From the NCBI GenBank assembly GCA_024704765.1, contig JAKMXF010000364.1:70707-134706 (forward strand): a DNA stretch of 64,000 nucleotides, given 5' to 3'. Positions 1 through 12,780 of this stretch are shown piece by piece. Made by a program: the position numbers and the translations under genes. Origin of the DNA: Oopsacas minuta (Eukaryota; Animalia; Porifera). The stretch's first letter is position 1. Each line of letters opens with the position of its first letter. Below the pieces are notes generated by a model, which made no database searches, had not been told where the DNA came from, and worked only from the letters and a program-made list of their open reading frames with translations.

Positions 1-670
1 ATTTGTTTTTTGGAAATTCCTTAAATCCTTTGATCAGAATAGTAACTCAGAGATTATGTTCCAACATTTGAAATTTAGTGAGATAATCTTGTATAATATA
101 CTTTCACAATTTTGTGTTGGAATTAGAATGTAAGTAAATAAGGCTAAATACTAATCCACCTGCGTATTACCGCAAATCATGCAAAACCTTAGTTATCCAA
201 CATTCTGATCATTATTGAGGGTATTATATATGGTGGAATCACGGGTAACTGAAAAAACATTATGGGAAAAAAAATGAGGTCGTTGAGATTTTTTCACTTT
301 CTTAAACAGAATTTTATGAGGAATCCGAATATACACACCAAAATCTTTCCTAACATTAAAATCTTTTTTCAGATTATACAAAAATTTATGAAATCAAAAA
401 AATTCTGGCTATAATAATTTTAACATATCCCCATTTTTAATATATTATCGTGATTCTTCGCTGATATACTTCTTTCTAGAATACAATTTAATTACTAGTT
501 ACCTAATAGAATTGATGTTTTAACATAATCCTATCCAAAATGTCATTATCATGGCAACAAAATGAAACGTAGGAATTTACGCAATAGTTTTCAATCTAGC
601 TAAGTAGTACTTGTATGATATTACATTTAGGATATATACGTGTAATTATTGATTAATTCAGTTAAAGCAA

Positions 671-2670
671 ATGGGTGTAGAAACGAAACATGAACATGCA
701 AAAACTAGAATTTGTCGCTGGTGTTGTTCAAAAGTTGGCAAAATTATTTTGAGGAATAATCACCTAAAGGACCCTAAGTTAGGTGAATCATATAACCAAT
801 ATTTGGAACCACTCAATATTATAGAAGATAATCACCCTTATATCGTGTGTAATACTTGTAAACTCTACTTGTTTACTCTGTCCTTTGGGGATACGACGAG
901 GAAAACACCCGCACGATATGATTGGCCCATTATTCGTAACACGCGCTTAAACACCTGCCGCATTGGGAACTTATGTTCAATGTGTACCGAGAGTTCAAGA
1001 TTCCGTCGCAAGAATCAAGCTTCATCTTCGATAATCCATATAAAGCCAGGAAGACCAACAATCAATTCACCTTATAAGACGATCAAGTTATGCGACAAAT
1101 GTGCGAGTCGTGTTAGTCCTGGAGTTAGTCATATCTGTTTGAAAAAGACATTGATTACCAACGCACATAATATGTTGGAACACCATAACGCTATTGATAC
1201 ATTCGTTGGTGATAATGTATACCAAAGATTACATGAATGTAGCCATAAAAAATCTTCAATTCAGTTGCCTAAAACTTCAGGTGGGAATCCGTTTCATCTT
1301 TCTGTCCCCTCTTCCAGTACTGACGAACGTCCAGCTAAATTACCAAAAATGGATTTCTCTCACATCACGAATTTGAAGTGTTCAGGAATGTCATTGTCCA
1401 TTAAGCAGTTAAAGGTAGTAAATCGAATTATTAGAGATGTTGAAGTACCATGTCCATCAATGGATAGCTACTATAGAGAACGACATTTGTTGTGCGACGA
1501 AATATTCGAATGCATCCAGATTGAGCTGGACTATAGTAAAGAGAAATACAAGTCAGAATATAGGAACTCCTGGATAGTGAGATGTTGCGATATCGATGCC
1601 CTGATAGAAAAGATCTTTAATATCAGCAGAGAAATATCGGTACATGATCTTCATTTCAAGCTTGGATTAGACTTTGGTCGTGGTTTCACTAAACTACTTA
1701 TGTGTCTACAGAATGATAATTCTGTCGACCTGGTTTATCTATGGTTACGAGTGTCCCTGAGTGTAATTATAACTTCTCCGTTATGCTTCAAGATGACCAG
1801 ATAAAACGGCTGATGGAAGAATACAACGTTTCATTTACGGAAAATTTGAAAGCTGCTGGTTATTGCTTGGGAATAATGAACGGACGTCACCCTTGTATAT
1901 GGTGTACTTGGGACAATAGAAGGGGTTTAGACAGTGTTCAGTGGGAAGAACGATCATCTGCTCACCATCTAGAGATGTTTCAAAATCTTCAAGATATGTA
2001 TCAGGGAGATTCTAAGAATCATGCAATTGACTGCGATGGTATTGAGGATCGCCAAGCACTAAATGTATGGCTGGTAGATTTCATGCAAATGTTTAATCTT
2101 CCTGAGTTACATCTGTTACTTGGGATAGGACAGAAGTTATACGATGCCATCCTTATCACAATGTCTGAGGACGAAAAAGAACACCATGAAGCAATACTAA
2201 AAAAACTGAATATTCATAGAAGTGCTTACCATGGAGGAGCATTTGAAGGTAATGCAATGAGGAAAATCACAAAGGAGGTATTGGAACTCGGGTTTCCAAA
2301 AAGTAATTCCTCTTATATCACGCTTGTAAAATTCAGGTGTGTTGTTGATTCTTGCTTCGGGAAACACATAAAGGGAGATTTCAAAATGGCAATATATCAT
2401 TTTGAACAAACATTTAAACAATCAGGACTTTCTTGCTCTACAAAAGTTCATGTCCTATGTAGGCACCTAATTCCGTTTAGCACGAAACATCTTCCAGATG
2501 GAATGGGTTTAGGATCAGTTTCAGAACAAGCATTTGAATCTGCCCTTTCTAGATTTGGCAGAGTTTGGGAGACAAGATATAAATGTCAAGAGGAAAATGA
2601 AAAATTTCCAGAGTGCTTATTAAACACAGTATCAGATGTTAACTTCGTCAATTTCATTAATAAATCATAG
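671..2670 (+). pseudogene. Chapaev (CMC) transposase with one frameshift near 1740
   Basis: ORF 671-1804 starts with a Chapa-type Zn module (HEHAKTRICRWC...HPYIVCNTC...W...CSMC). The overlapping ORF 1741-2670 continues the Transib/Chapaev-like core: KLGLDFGRG, LKAAGYCLGIMNGRHPCIWCTW, PELHLLLGI, YHGGAFEGN, STKVHVL, GLGSVSEQAFES. Termini not located. Confidence 0.8.
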
Positions 2671-2682
2671 TATGGTAAGCTA

Positions 2683-4072
2683 CGGTCTGTCAACTTGAAA
2701 TTGGGAAAATCTTTTTCGATGTTAGAATGTTCCTAATTGCATTTTCAAATTGGTTATCGTAATAATATTGATAATTTGTGTTTTTCAACTATTTCTAGTT
2801 ATTTCTTAGCCAACTGAACTTCTCTAGCTGACTGTGGTTACAAAATATTTCAATTTATACTTAGTTACTAATCAAATATTCTATGTAAATATTTATCACT
2901 TGAATTTCTCGCAACACTTATATATCTTCGCTAATAATTTTTTACTTTCATCAATTCAAAACCTTAAAATGAAAGAGCAAGAACAGCGTAACAATATCAA
3001 GATACTTTTTGACACAGAAATCACGAATTGTATGGAATTATCTCGAAGAACTGGAGTTCCAAAAAGTACAGTTTATCGCACTGTTTACAAATTGAGGAAT
3101 GCTGAATCCATTGATAGAAAGATTGGTTCCAGGAAACAGCGTCAGATCAAAGCAAATAACGCTAGATCACTTGTTAGTTTGGCAATCAACAATCCTAGGT
3201 TATCTGTGAGGAAGTTTACTTGCAAATTTAACAAAAGGCGGGGTCTATCGTTCTCACACGAGGCTGTAAGGATTGAGATGAAGCTGCGTGGCTTCACTCG
3301 CAAGGTTGCTAGAAAGATTCCGATGCTTACACAAACCCATAAGGCTTATCGTGTCGATTGGGCTAAGTCTAACAGATGTAGAGATTGGGAGAAAGTGATA
3401 TTTAGCGATAGCGATGAGATGTCCATTTGGTTAGCTGGTAGCAGAGTATGTGTCTGATGTAAAGGTGATTCGAAACCAGTAAAACCCAGTACGAAACACT
3501 CTCCTAAATTGCATGTTTGGGGAGCGTTTTCAGCACGTGGAACGTTTCCTATCAAGGTTTTCAGAGAAAATCTCACCGGCGACTTTACTGCGACATTCTG
3601 CACGAATGTTTAGTAGGACAAGCAAGTGTCTTATACCCTGATGGATAGGTTTTCCAGGAAGACAATGATCCCAAACACACGTGCAACCTTGCTAAAGGAT
3701 ACATGGAGGAGAAAGGGATACATAGGATGGATTGGCCTGCTTGTAGTCCGGATTTGAATCCGATCGAGAACCTCTGGCCGTGGATCAAGAGAGAAATCGA
3801 TTTGAAGTCACCACGAAATTTAAATGAGCTGGAAAGGGAGCTAAATGAAGTATGGAATTCTTTGGAACATGAATTTTTACGTCCATTTTGGTCATCGATG
3901 CCAAAAAGAGTCAAATTAGTACGGAAAAGTAACGGAAATAAGATAAATTATTAGGCCTACTCTATTATTGATTGTTTAAGGATTCTAATAACATATTTAG
4001 AATAGAAATACACTAAATGTACTTGTAGCTAGGGAAAAACAAAGATCTTCCCAATTTCAAGTTGACAGACTG
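2683..4072 (+). mobile_element. Tc1 (DD34E) transposon, full length, defective
   Basis: TIRs cggtctgtcaacttgaaattggg (2683) and cccaatttcaagttgacagactg (ending 4072), TA on both sides. Split transposase with HTH, FSD, QEDNDPKH and WPACSPDLNPIE; 34 residues from D to E. Confidence 0.92.
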
Positions 4073-4074
4073 TA

Positions 4075-4694
4075 GTAAGGATAAGAAGCGATCATGGGTG
4101 AGGGGCGACGAACAACCGGTGAAAATTCCTAGGCCCGACTTCAGAAAACCTAAGATTATGTACACCATCTTCTTCAGTAGTCATGGAATTGTCTTGCAAT
4201 TACCTTGTGAGAGTGGCAAGGCTGTTACTGCTACTTTCTTTACAGAGCAAGTGCTTCCAAATTTGATAAAAAATATAGAAAAGTACCGCCCGAAAGCCGG
4301 AACTCGAGGAATGAAGATTTTAATTGATAACGCCAGTTCCCATACAGCTAAGCTTACCAAAAATTTCTTGGATATAGAGGGGTTAGAATTACTTCCCCAT
4401 CCATCATACTCACCAGACCTAGCTCTGTGTGATTTTTGGCTCTTCCCCAAGCTTAAATCTGCCTTCAAGGCAAAGATTTTAACACATTACAAGCACTCGG
4501 AACGGGCCTGTACCAGTACTTCGAATCCGTCCCCGAAGAACAGTACAGAAATGTGTTTACAAGCGGGTGGAAAGGTTGAAACTTTGTGTACCTGCAGGAG
4601 GGGATTACTTTGAATAAATAATACAGTGAATTAGTGTTTATAGTATTTGTGTCATATTCTATGATATCACCTGCAAGACTTATTGACGCCCTAG
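4075..4694 (+). mobile_element. mariner (DD34D), 3' half only
   Basis: DNASSHT...HPSYSPDLALCD (D34D). Right TIR caagacttattgacgccctag followed by TA. Closely similar to the copy at 51952-53286. Confidence 0.9.
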
Positions 4695-4788
4695 TAATAA
4701 ATGAAAGGCATAATTCTTATGCTTTGTTAACCAAAGTCTAGCTCGGATAATGCTTGAATTTAGTGAAATTTCATTCAATTCAAATTTA

Positions 4789-6144
4789 CAGAGTGGGCCA
4801 TGGAAGATTGATCAAAAGTAAATTGCTCTAGCACGTGCAATTTTTGTCAGACTTCAGTGGTTCACCATTCATTTTAAAGCTGAGATAAATAGTTTTTAAA
4901 TAATACTAACCAAACTACCCATAGGTATATGTAATGTCGCTCCAGCAGGATATCAAAGTCAAGTTACTTTACTGGTATATTGAAAATGGGAGAAGTTTTT
5001 TTTCGGCCCAACGAGCTTTCAAAGTGTACTACAAGACATTAAGGCACCTGCTAGGAACACAATCATGAATAATGTCAAGTGGATGGAGGAGGTGGTACGG
5101 TAGGCAATATAAAACTAAAGGGACCCAAGAAGACTGTTAAAACCCCCTGAAAACATTCAAAAATCAAGAAGAAACTGGCAAATTCACCCCATCGCGCAAC
5201 AAGAAGGCTATCTGCAGAGACTGCAATCAGTAGGAACTCAGTGAGGAGGATCCTTAATGATGACATTGGAGCCTTTCCTTACAAAATACAGATGCAGCAA
5301 AAGCAAGTAAATCAAATCAGAAGAAGAGAATCCAACTTGCCACGTACATTTCCAATAAGATTGAGGAAGAACTTTTGAAGATCATTGAAGTTTATTGGTC
5401 TGACGAGGTAAACTTTCATCTTTCAGGACATCTAAACAAGTAGAACATGAGGTTCTGGGCATTGGAGAAGCCAGAACCTATTGCCCAGAGACCCTGGAGC
5501 ACTGAAAAGTTGGTTGTCTAGTGTGCAGTTGCCCATGACCGGATCATAGGCCAGTACTTTTTTGAAGATGAGGATGGCAAAACCTGTACGGTGAACCGGT
5601 GGAGATGCTTGGCAATGCTGAAAGGATTCTACCTTCCCAACATCAGGAGACATGGTGAACTGAATACTATTACTTTCCATCAGGATGGAGCACCCCCACA
5701 CTATGCCAATTTTGTTCGGGACTGGCTACAAGAGAAGTTTGGTGACAGGGTGATTGGTCGTGGATTTGCCAACTTCTGGCCCCCATATTCCCCTGGACTT
5801 AATCCTTCGATTTTTTCCTGTGGGGCTACCTGAAGTCAGTTGTGTATAGAGATCCTGTTCCTAAGACACTAGAGGACCTCAAGAAGAACATCAGAAGAGA
5901 AATCAGGAAGATTGATGGAGAAACTCTGGCTAAAGTGTGCGATAATGTGCTTGTCAGACTACAAAGAGTACTCGGTAGGAAAGGGGCATGAATCGAGTAC
6001 CTGATTAATGGCTGAAGATGAAAGGATGATGTATTCACAAACAATTTATCTATATTTTTAAAATTTTTGCAGAATTAATATTATTGTTTCGTTTTCAAAA
6101 TTGAGAGCAATTTATTTTTGATAGGACTCCCGTGGCCCACCCTG
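4789..6144 (+). mobile_element. IS630-Tc1-mariner DD41D (rosa/Visitor-type) element, defective
   Basis: TIRs cagagtgggccatgg and cccgtggcccaccctg with TA flanks. WSDEVNFHLSG, FHQDGAPPHY, WPPYSPGLNP-(frameshift)-DFFLWGYLK; about 41 residues from D to D. Confidence 0.82.
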
Positions 6145-6163
6145 TACATATATTTAACGGTAA

Positions 6164-7750
6164 GTGACTTTCTATGCGTATAGTTTGACACTTTCCAAAG
6201 AATTTCGGAATTGGTCTTCTATCTGCTTATGCTGTCATATCACATATACTATTAAGCTTCCTTCCAATATGCTTGTCTCGCAATATCGTAGGGAAATAAG
6301 CCTAATAAATGAAATAGAAATAGTCAGAGACTCCGAAGCATTGTCAATTGGGACTTGCGTCTCTTATCATTTTATCCTTAGTCTGACCATTCAACGCTTG
6401 CTTTCAACATTAGACCCAGTTCCTGATTCACACTACCCACTAAAATTAAGATATCTGATTGATTGGATGGCTCCGGTTGTCGTCAAACCTATGACCAACA
6501 AAGCAACAATTCTGTATTAAGCACAAAAAACTTTCATTTTGTTCGGATTCAAAGTAATATCAATTACAGACACACTTGGAAATGGCGTGTTCTATAACAG
6601 CTCACTCAACCTTTCCATTCTGCTTTAGGCCAGTAGCACTGATAGCTTTGAAAGAAGAATATTCTAGGGTAAAGCTTATCATAGATACAATAGTCAATCT
6701 TCAAACATACCATATCATACAGGATGGGTTATCTCTTATTGGAAGCCATGCACAGGTCGAGATGGTCCGTTCCCTTTTTGATACCAAGATGGCAGGATTG
6801 CTGGATGGAGCTGGTGTTGCTTTTTGTTATCTGTGTATTGCAATGGATAGCCAAATTAAAAGTTTAGAATGGCCCCGTTCTGGTTTCCTTATTAACAGAT
6901 TAACTAGTGATGCTCGGCAACTTTTTGAAGAGGTTGGAGAAGATTAATTGAAACTCCCATCAAATCAACGTGTTGGTATTACGCATCAACCAACTTCTAA
7001 CATCAATATTATAGCTGCATCTCCTTTGCATGCTTCCCTTTGTGTATTCAGGTGGTTCATGCTATTGATATACCATCTTGATGCAGGACACAAGGTGCGG
7101 GCACCATTAAACTTGAAAGTAAATTCTTCTATGAAACGGGTCCAAGCTAAATTCCAGGAAAAGATGTAACTTCAGTGTCGATATTCTTCCAAGCCAGGGC
7201 GGCACTTCAACTACTGGTAACATTGCGCAAGACTGCTTTCTAAATAAGAGAGACCTGTTGATCTGGGTCACCTATTCCATTAATCCTTCAGATAAAGTAT
7301 CATTAGAGAAGATCAGACGAATTTATCTGTTTTGTTAAGACTCCTCAACAGTGTTGACTGGATTAACTGTGACCAAATGCAAGAATTGTGCAAAGAAACG
7401 TGCGAATTTATTCTAGTTAAGTACCCATAGGCAAGCATCACTCCCTCCTTGCGCAAGTTACTTGCCCATATTCGTTTCAGTTAATAGGTGCTTACAATAA
7501 TGGTAAGGGATTACAGAATCTCTCTGAGGAACGTTTAGAACCCTGCAATAAATTTGTAAGGCGGCATCGGGAGAATCTTGCAAGAAAAAATTCTTTCACA
7601 GATAATATTAGAAATATTTTGGTCAGGTTGTTATATTGTAGTGACCCCATCTTAGTACAGAATCGTTTGAAGCAGGCAAAGAAGAAAAGAGACGTTGCAA
7701 ATAGCCTCCAAGAAGTATTATAAAATAGTATACTATCAGATGATTTATGA
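6164..7750 (+). pseudogene. RAG1-like/Transib transposase, degenerate copy A1
   Basis: Frameshifted fragments collinear with 23625-25709: GLDGSG (~6462), FDTKMAGLLDGAGVAFCYLC, SPLHASLCVFRWF, GTSTTGNIA, GLQNLSEERLEPCNKFVRRHRENLARKNSF, SDP. No C-terminal Cys knuckle. Confidence 0.85.
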
Positions 7751-8020
7751 TAATAAGTATATCCAATAGTCATACATAATTAAGGGTCTTTAAATTGTAC
7801 GTTATCAAATAGCAGAATAGAGACCATGACATGCATGTATTATCAACTTTCATAACATCCTTACTATTGAACCACAATTGTTAAAAATTAAAAAATGTCG
7901 GTAATTACGTCGTAACTAGGTTTATAGTTGTACTACTAAAGAATTATTTGTATTTTTGAAATCTAGAATGTCGATTTAGTATATGCAAGTATAATTGTGG
8001 TGATATTACAGATTCATTTA

Positions 8021-8056
8021 CCTATTTCCCCATTATGGCCATTTTGCCACACGGTG
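8021..8056 (-). repeat. Right TIR of RAG1L/Transib copy A1
   Basis: Minus strand reads CACCGTG TGGC AAAATGG CCATAATGGGGA AATAGG, about 270 bp downstream of the A1 stop. Confidence 0.8.
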
Positions 8057-8886
8057 CTCAAAAAACTCTGTATTAACCATGGGCACGACACCGGAGGGAC
8101 ACATGGCACTATGACACTGGTAAACTCGTATTCACTACCTCTAAACAACATCAAATGAAATCTAAGTAATATACATTGTCTAACAAGGTTTCTGTTCCTT
8201 GGACACAATACATCTGATTGTATGTTATCGAACATGGTGATTCCGAATATGAATCTCATTATTATTCAGAACCTCACAATTTCCTAAAAATTAGGTCAAA
8301 AGATTGAAAATTACTAATACACCCAAATTTTCCTGTGGAAATTGCTAGTAGTAATTAAAGAACAGTGAAGATTTGCACTCTAATATGTATTTGGATCCTA
8401 CTACACCGTCAACAGCTCTATTTCGGTAAATTGATCAAGATACAAATGAAATCATGAATTAAACTATAAAAGTAGAGAAAAATTCTTAAAATGTAGTGTC
8501 CATAGAAATTTACAATACACCGTCAGATTTCTATTATGTATTTAATTGAAATAGATTGAATTACGTGAAAGATTTTCTTGGGATTTCAACACAATTGCAC
8601 TTTGTGAGCTGGATAATGTATAATTGTGACGTGTTAGAGAAAATACTTCGAAGATTTTGAATCGGTATATTGGATGATTATACAGGATGCGATATATTTA
8701 TGCAGTAAGGGAAACAGAAATTTTTTCAATATTTGTTGTACAGTGTATTCTGGTCAATTTCCAACAGAAGACAGAGTATTTTCAATGGAAATTCCCATCC
8801 TTAGTGATTAGATATTTGTGATATTCACTAATACAGTCGAATCTTGCTTAATGGCAACCCCAGAAGCGATCACAATTTATCTGGAG

Positions 8887-9076
8887 CAGGGTTTCATCAA
8901 GGTTCTCAGGGGCATACGTCTAGAAATGGGCTCTAACTTATTTCATACGTCTTGACTATACATTTTGTACTACGATCTAAGAGTTTCTACCCTAGATATA
9001 TATATTCGTACGTAGAGATATATTTGCCCAAATTAAGCGCCTGTAGTCCCACAGTATACGCCTGAATGCCACCCTG
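8887..9076. mobile_element. hAT-type MITE
   Basis: Ends cagggtttcatcaagg and cctgaatgccaccctg; 8-bp TSD atctggag/atctagag (7/8). Confidence 0.7.
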
Positions 9077-9255
9077 ATCTAGAGGGTCTGGACTCCTCAG
9101 GTTTGCATGCATAGTTTGTATTTATATAAAATTTACACAAATGTTGCAACACTCTGGCTTTGTTGGCTCCCAGCTTTGATCTTGTCCCCTAAAATATGAA
9201 GCCTATGTCTGACATGAAGTTTAGTGATAGGAAAGGTTACGACAAGTATCATATA

Positions 9256-10167
9256 CAGTCAAGGGACAAAAGTATTCGACCACACAAATATATTGTCATA
9301 AATTGTATACTCTTTCCCTCTCCTATATATTGTGTAGTCTATATTCGTAGCTGCAATCTAGTAATTTGCATAGAATAACATATGTTTTTCAAGAATTTCA
9401 AAAAAATATTTTCGATTTACACTTTTTGAAGGTGTTCATTATTAATAATTATTAGATAATTATTGATAATCAAATATGTGGTAATTCAAAGCCTATTAAG
9501 AATCTATAATTTCTGACTTGATATTTGAATTCTACGTAGGCGAGTTACCCCAGATTGAAATTTCCAATCGAATTGAACAACTTTTACTAAAGTTATAGAA
9601 GAATTCCAATTTGTGCCATTTGTGCCACCTTTTGCCCAAGGTGGCACAAGTGGCCGCTACCAAGAAGTTATTTTGTAATTCAAGGGTTAGCATAGTTATA
9701 TCATTCGAAAATAGTACTTTGACTTATTCCTCCTAACCCTAGTTGATTTCCTTGTAGTGGCGCTTTTTCCTGCCACCTGTGCCACTTTTTCAAAAAGTGG
9801 CACAAGTGGGACAAATTGAAATTCTTCTATAACTTTAGTAAAAGTTGTTCAATTCGATTGGAAATTTCAATCTGGGGTAACTCGCCTACGTAGAATTCAA
9901 ATATCAAGTCAGAAATTATAGATTCTTAATAGGCTTTGAATTACCACATATTTGATTATCAATAATTATCTAATAATTATTAATAATTAACACCTTCAGA
10001 AAGTGTAAATCGAAAATATTTTTTTGAAATTCTTGAAAAACATATGTTATTCTATGCAAATTACTAGATTGCAGCTACGAATATAGACTACACAATATAT
10101 AGGAGAGGGAAAGAGTATACAATTTATGACAATATATTTGTGGTCGAATACTTTTGTCCCTTGACTG
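9256..10167. mobile_element. Non-autonomous foldback (long-TIR, Tc1-like) element
   Basis: About 360-bp near-perfect inverted arms starting cagtcaagggacaaaagtattcgacc, continuing imperfectly to ~410 bp; TA flanks; no ORF. Confidence 0.9.
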
Positions 10168-10969
10168 TATATTGAACATAAAGCATTTTCTGTCAATTTG
10201 TCCAAGTTGATTGAAGAATTGGTTAAGAGCTACAAACTTGAAATTAGCTATATAGGTTCAATATGGTCCATCTTAGAACATTTTAGATTTCTAAGTGAAA
10301 CTTGAAGCATCTCTGAGATAACCTAACGAAATTTTCTATCCCATGATAAATGGAATAGGTACACTAGATTGAGGTATTGGTTAGAGCTACAATTTTGTGA
10401 TTTCTTGAAATGTGAATAGTCGTACATGATTTTAATATGTAAGCGATACCTCATAAATTCTCCAAGATAAGTGTAGAAATATATTAACTCATGAGATTTG
10501 ATCGTTTATTAACTGAGATTATCTTGCTATTTCAACTGTGTGGCTTTAACACAGGTTTATTAGAATGCAAAAATATTCTATAAGTACAATTTCGCAAATT
10601 CTCAAAGTACCAGTTGAATAAACGTTGATCTGTCTTGTGGATTATAATTTTATGTAGTAGGTATATGTAGCCTTTGTAACCACTTTATTGAGTCGTTTTA
10701 TCGGTTTAATTACTTATGGATAATCATATGCGGGGTTCTTTAATTTTAATTAATTATTTTTATTAATAACAATCATGATTTGAATAATATTATATGATTA
10801 ATTAATTATCGTATTCACCGTCAACAATCTCATCAATGACGTTCAATATACAAAAATTAAATTATTCAATTGAGGTCCACACTTAGCACTTTAACCAGAA
10901 ATCATAGAATTGGATTCCAAACTTGGATAAGTACAATGCAAATATGAAGGGAGGCACATCGTAAATGTA

Positions 10970-12310
10970 CAGGGTGTCTCAAAAGTTTTTTCACCATTAG
11001 TATTTCAATATATTTGAACCGAAATCAGTCTACCTCATTTACTACCTACCCATTTCTTTTAGCATTGTCAATTTATAGTTGATTAATGTTCTCAACCATG
11101 AGTAGTATCAAACATTTAATTTTGTGATTCATTTTGCGATACTTTGTATAATTATCAAATTTCAATATTATCGATGTCAAAATGACGAGATTATCCATCC
11201 GCGAGAGAGCGATAGGTATGCTACTAGCTGGTTCCACTCAAAGAACAGATGCTGACACACTTGGAGTCACAATTCGAACCGTAAAGAATTGGAACAAAAA
11301 GCAAATAGCTGGAGAAATGCTCAATGACAAGCCTCGTTCTGGACGTCGGCCTAAACATTCCTGGGTCCCAAAATAATAATTCGAGAATCCATAGGCAAAC
11401 GATGGCATTCAACTCGGAAATTGGCGAATATATTTCAAGTAAATGTGTTGCGATTAGCAAAGATACTGTCCACTGTTATTTACACAATTCTATTGAGGCT
11501 AAAGCGTATAAACGCCCATCAAACCCTAAATTCACGGAAGTACAGAAGTCTAAAAGGGTCAAGTTCTGTCTTGAGCAAAAATCTTGGACTTCACTTGATT
11601 GGGAGCGAGTTTTCTTCAGTGATGAAAGCCCCTTTGAGCTTTTTTACCCTACAAATTCACAGAATGATCGGGTTTGAGACGTCAGTTCGCGTAATATCAC
11701 TCCAGTCGAAAAGGTCAAAAATCCTCCAAAATTAATGGTCTGGGGAATGATGAGTCATCGTGGACTATCAGAACTCCATCTAATCTCTCCAAGAAAATCT
11801 GTGAATGCGGACTATTATATCAATGAAATACTGGATAAGTGCTGTCTCCCTACCTATAAACGTAAGAAGATGGAGGGCCCCTGACTCAGAGGAAATTGTA
11901 TCGAAAGATATCCGACACTATTTTTATGCAGGATGGAGCCCCTGCTCATACTGCGATAAAGACACAGAAGTGGCTTTCTGATCATTTACCAGGATTCTGG
12001 GCGAAAGATATCTGGCCTAGTAACTCGCCAGATTTGAATCCTATAGAAAATCTGTGAGCCATTATGCAGGCAGAGCTGGACAAGAGGAAGCTCGCTACTA
12101 ATCTAAAACAACTCGCGAAAATCTTGGAAAATATCTGGAGTGGTATTAACCCATCGATTCTCCAGAATTTAATCGATGGAATACCAAACCGCATTAATTC
12201 TTGTATTGAACTTAACGGTGAATACATTGACAAATAGCCTAATGATTCTTTACATTAAATACAATTTACTGGCTTGATGAATAAGGTGGAAAAACTTTTG
12301 AGACACCCTG
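10970..12310 (+). mobile_element. Tc1-like DD37E (TRT-type) element, defective
   Basis: TIRs cagggtgtctcaaaagtttt and aaaacttttgagacaccctg with TA flanks. FSDESPF and QDGAPAHT...WPSNSPDLNPIE; 37 residues from D to E counted from the codons. Confidence 0.88.
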
Positions 12311-12539
12311 TAAATAACAACAACAGTACAGTACAACCTCTAAAAGTGATGACATTAAACAACAAGCAAACACCTCTAAAATATGAACACTTTTCTCGAT
12401 CCCAAGTTACTCCAATTGTTTACAAAGTGGTCACCCCTTGTGAATGTGAACACCTCTGAAATGTAAAATGTGAACACTTAGTTTGGTCCCCAATGTCTAA
12501 TTGCATAGAATTTGACCTCGTAAAAATAAAAGGGGTTTT

Positions 12540-12780
12540 TCAGGCATATCTTTAACTAGCTGTCAGCTTTGTTATCACGCTAGCTGTGAAAGCTGGGATG
12601 TTTGTTGATGTAGCTTCAATATACTAGAGGCTTCGTCATACAATGGGCAGAAGAGACAACATATTTGCCTGGACAATGCTTCCACACATTTGTGTAAACA
12701 TGGCGGTCCTATAAACCACATTTTCAGAAATCTGTATTCATTGTCAGTTGAATTGTTCCGGTCATGAAAAGTTAACACTT
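12540..12780 (-). pseudogene. Possible non-LTR retrotransposon C-terminal (RT-associated Cys motif) remnant
   Basis: Minus ORF has CLHKCVEALSRQICCLFCPLYDE, resembling the LINE C-terminal CCHC-like region. Short and degenerate. Confidence 0.3.
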
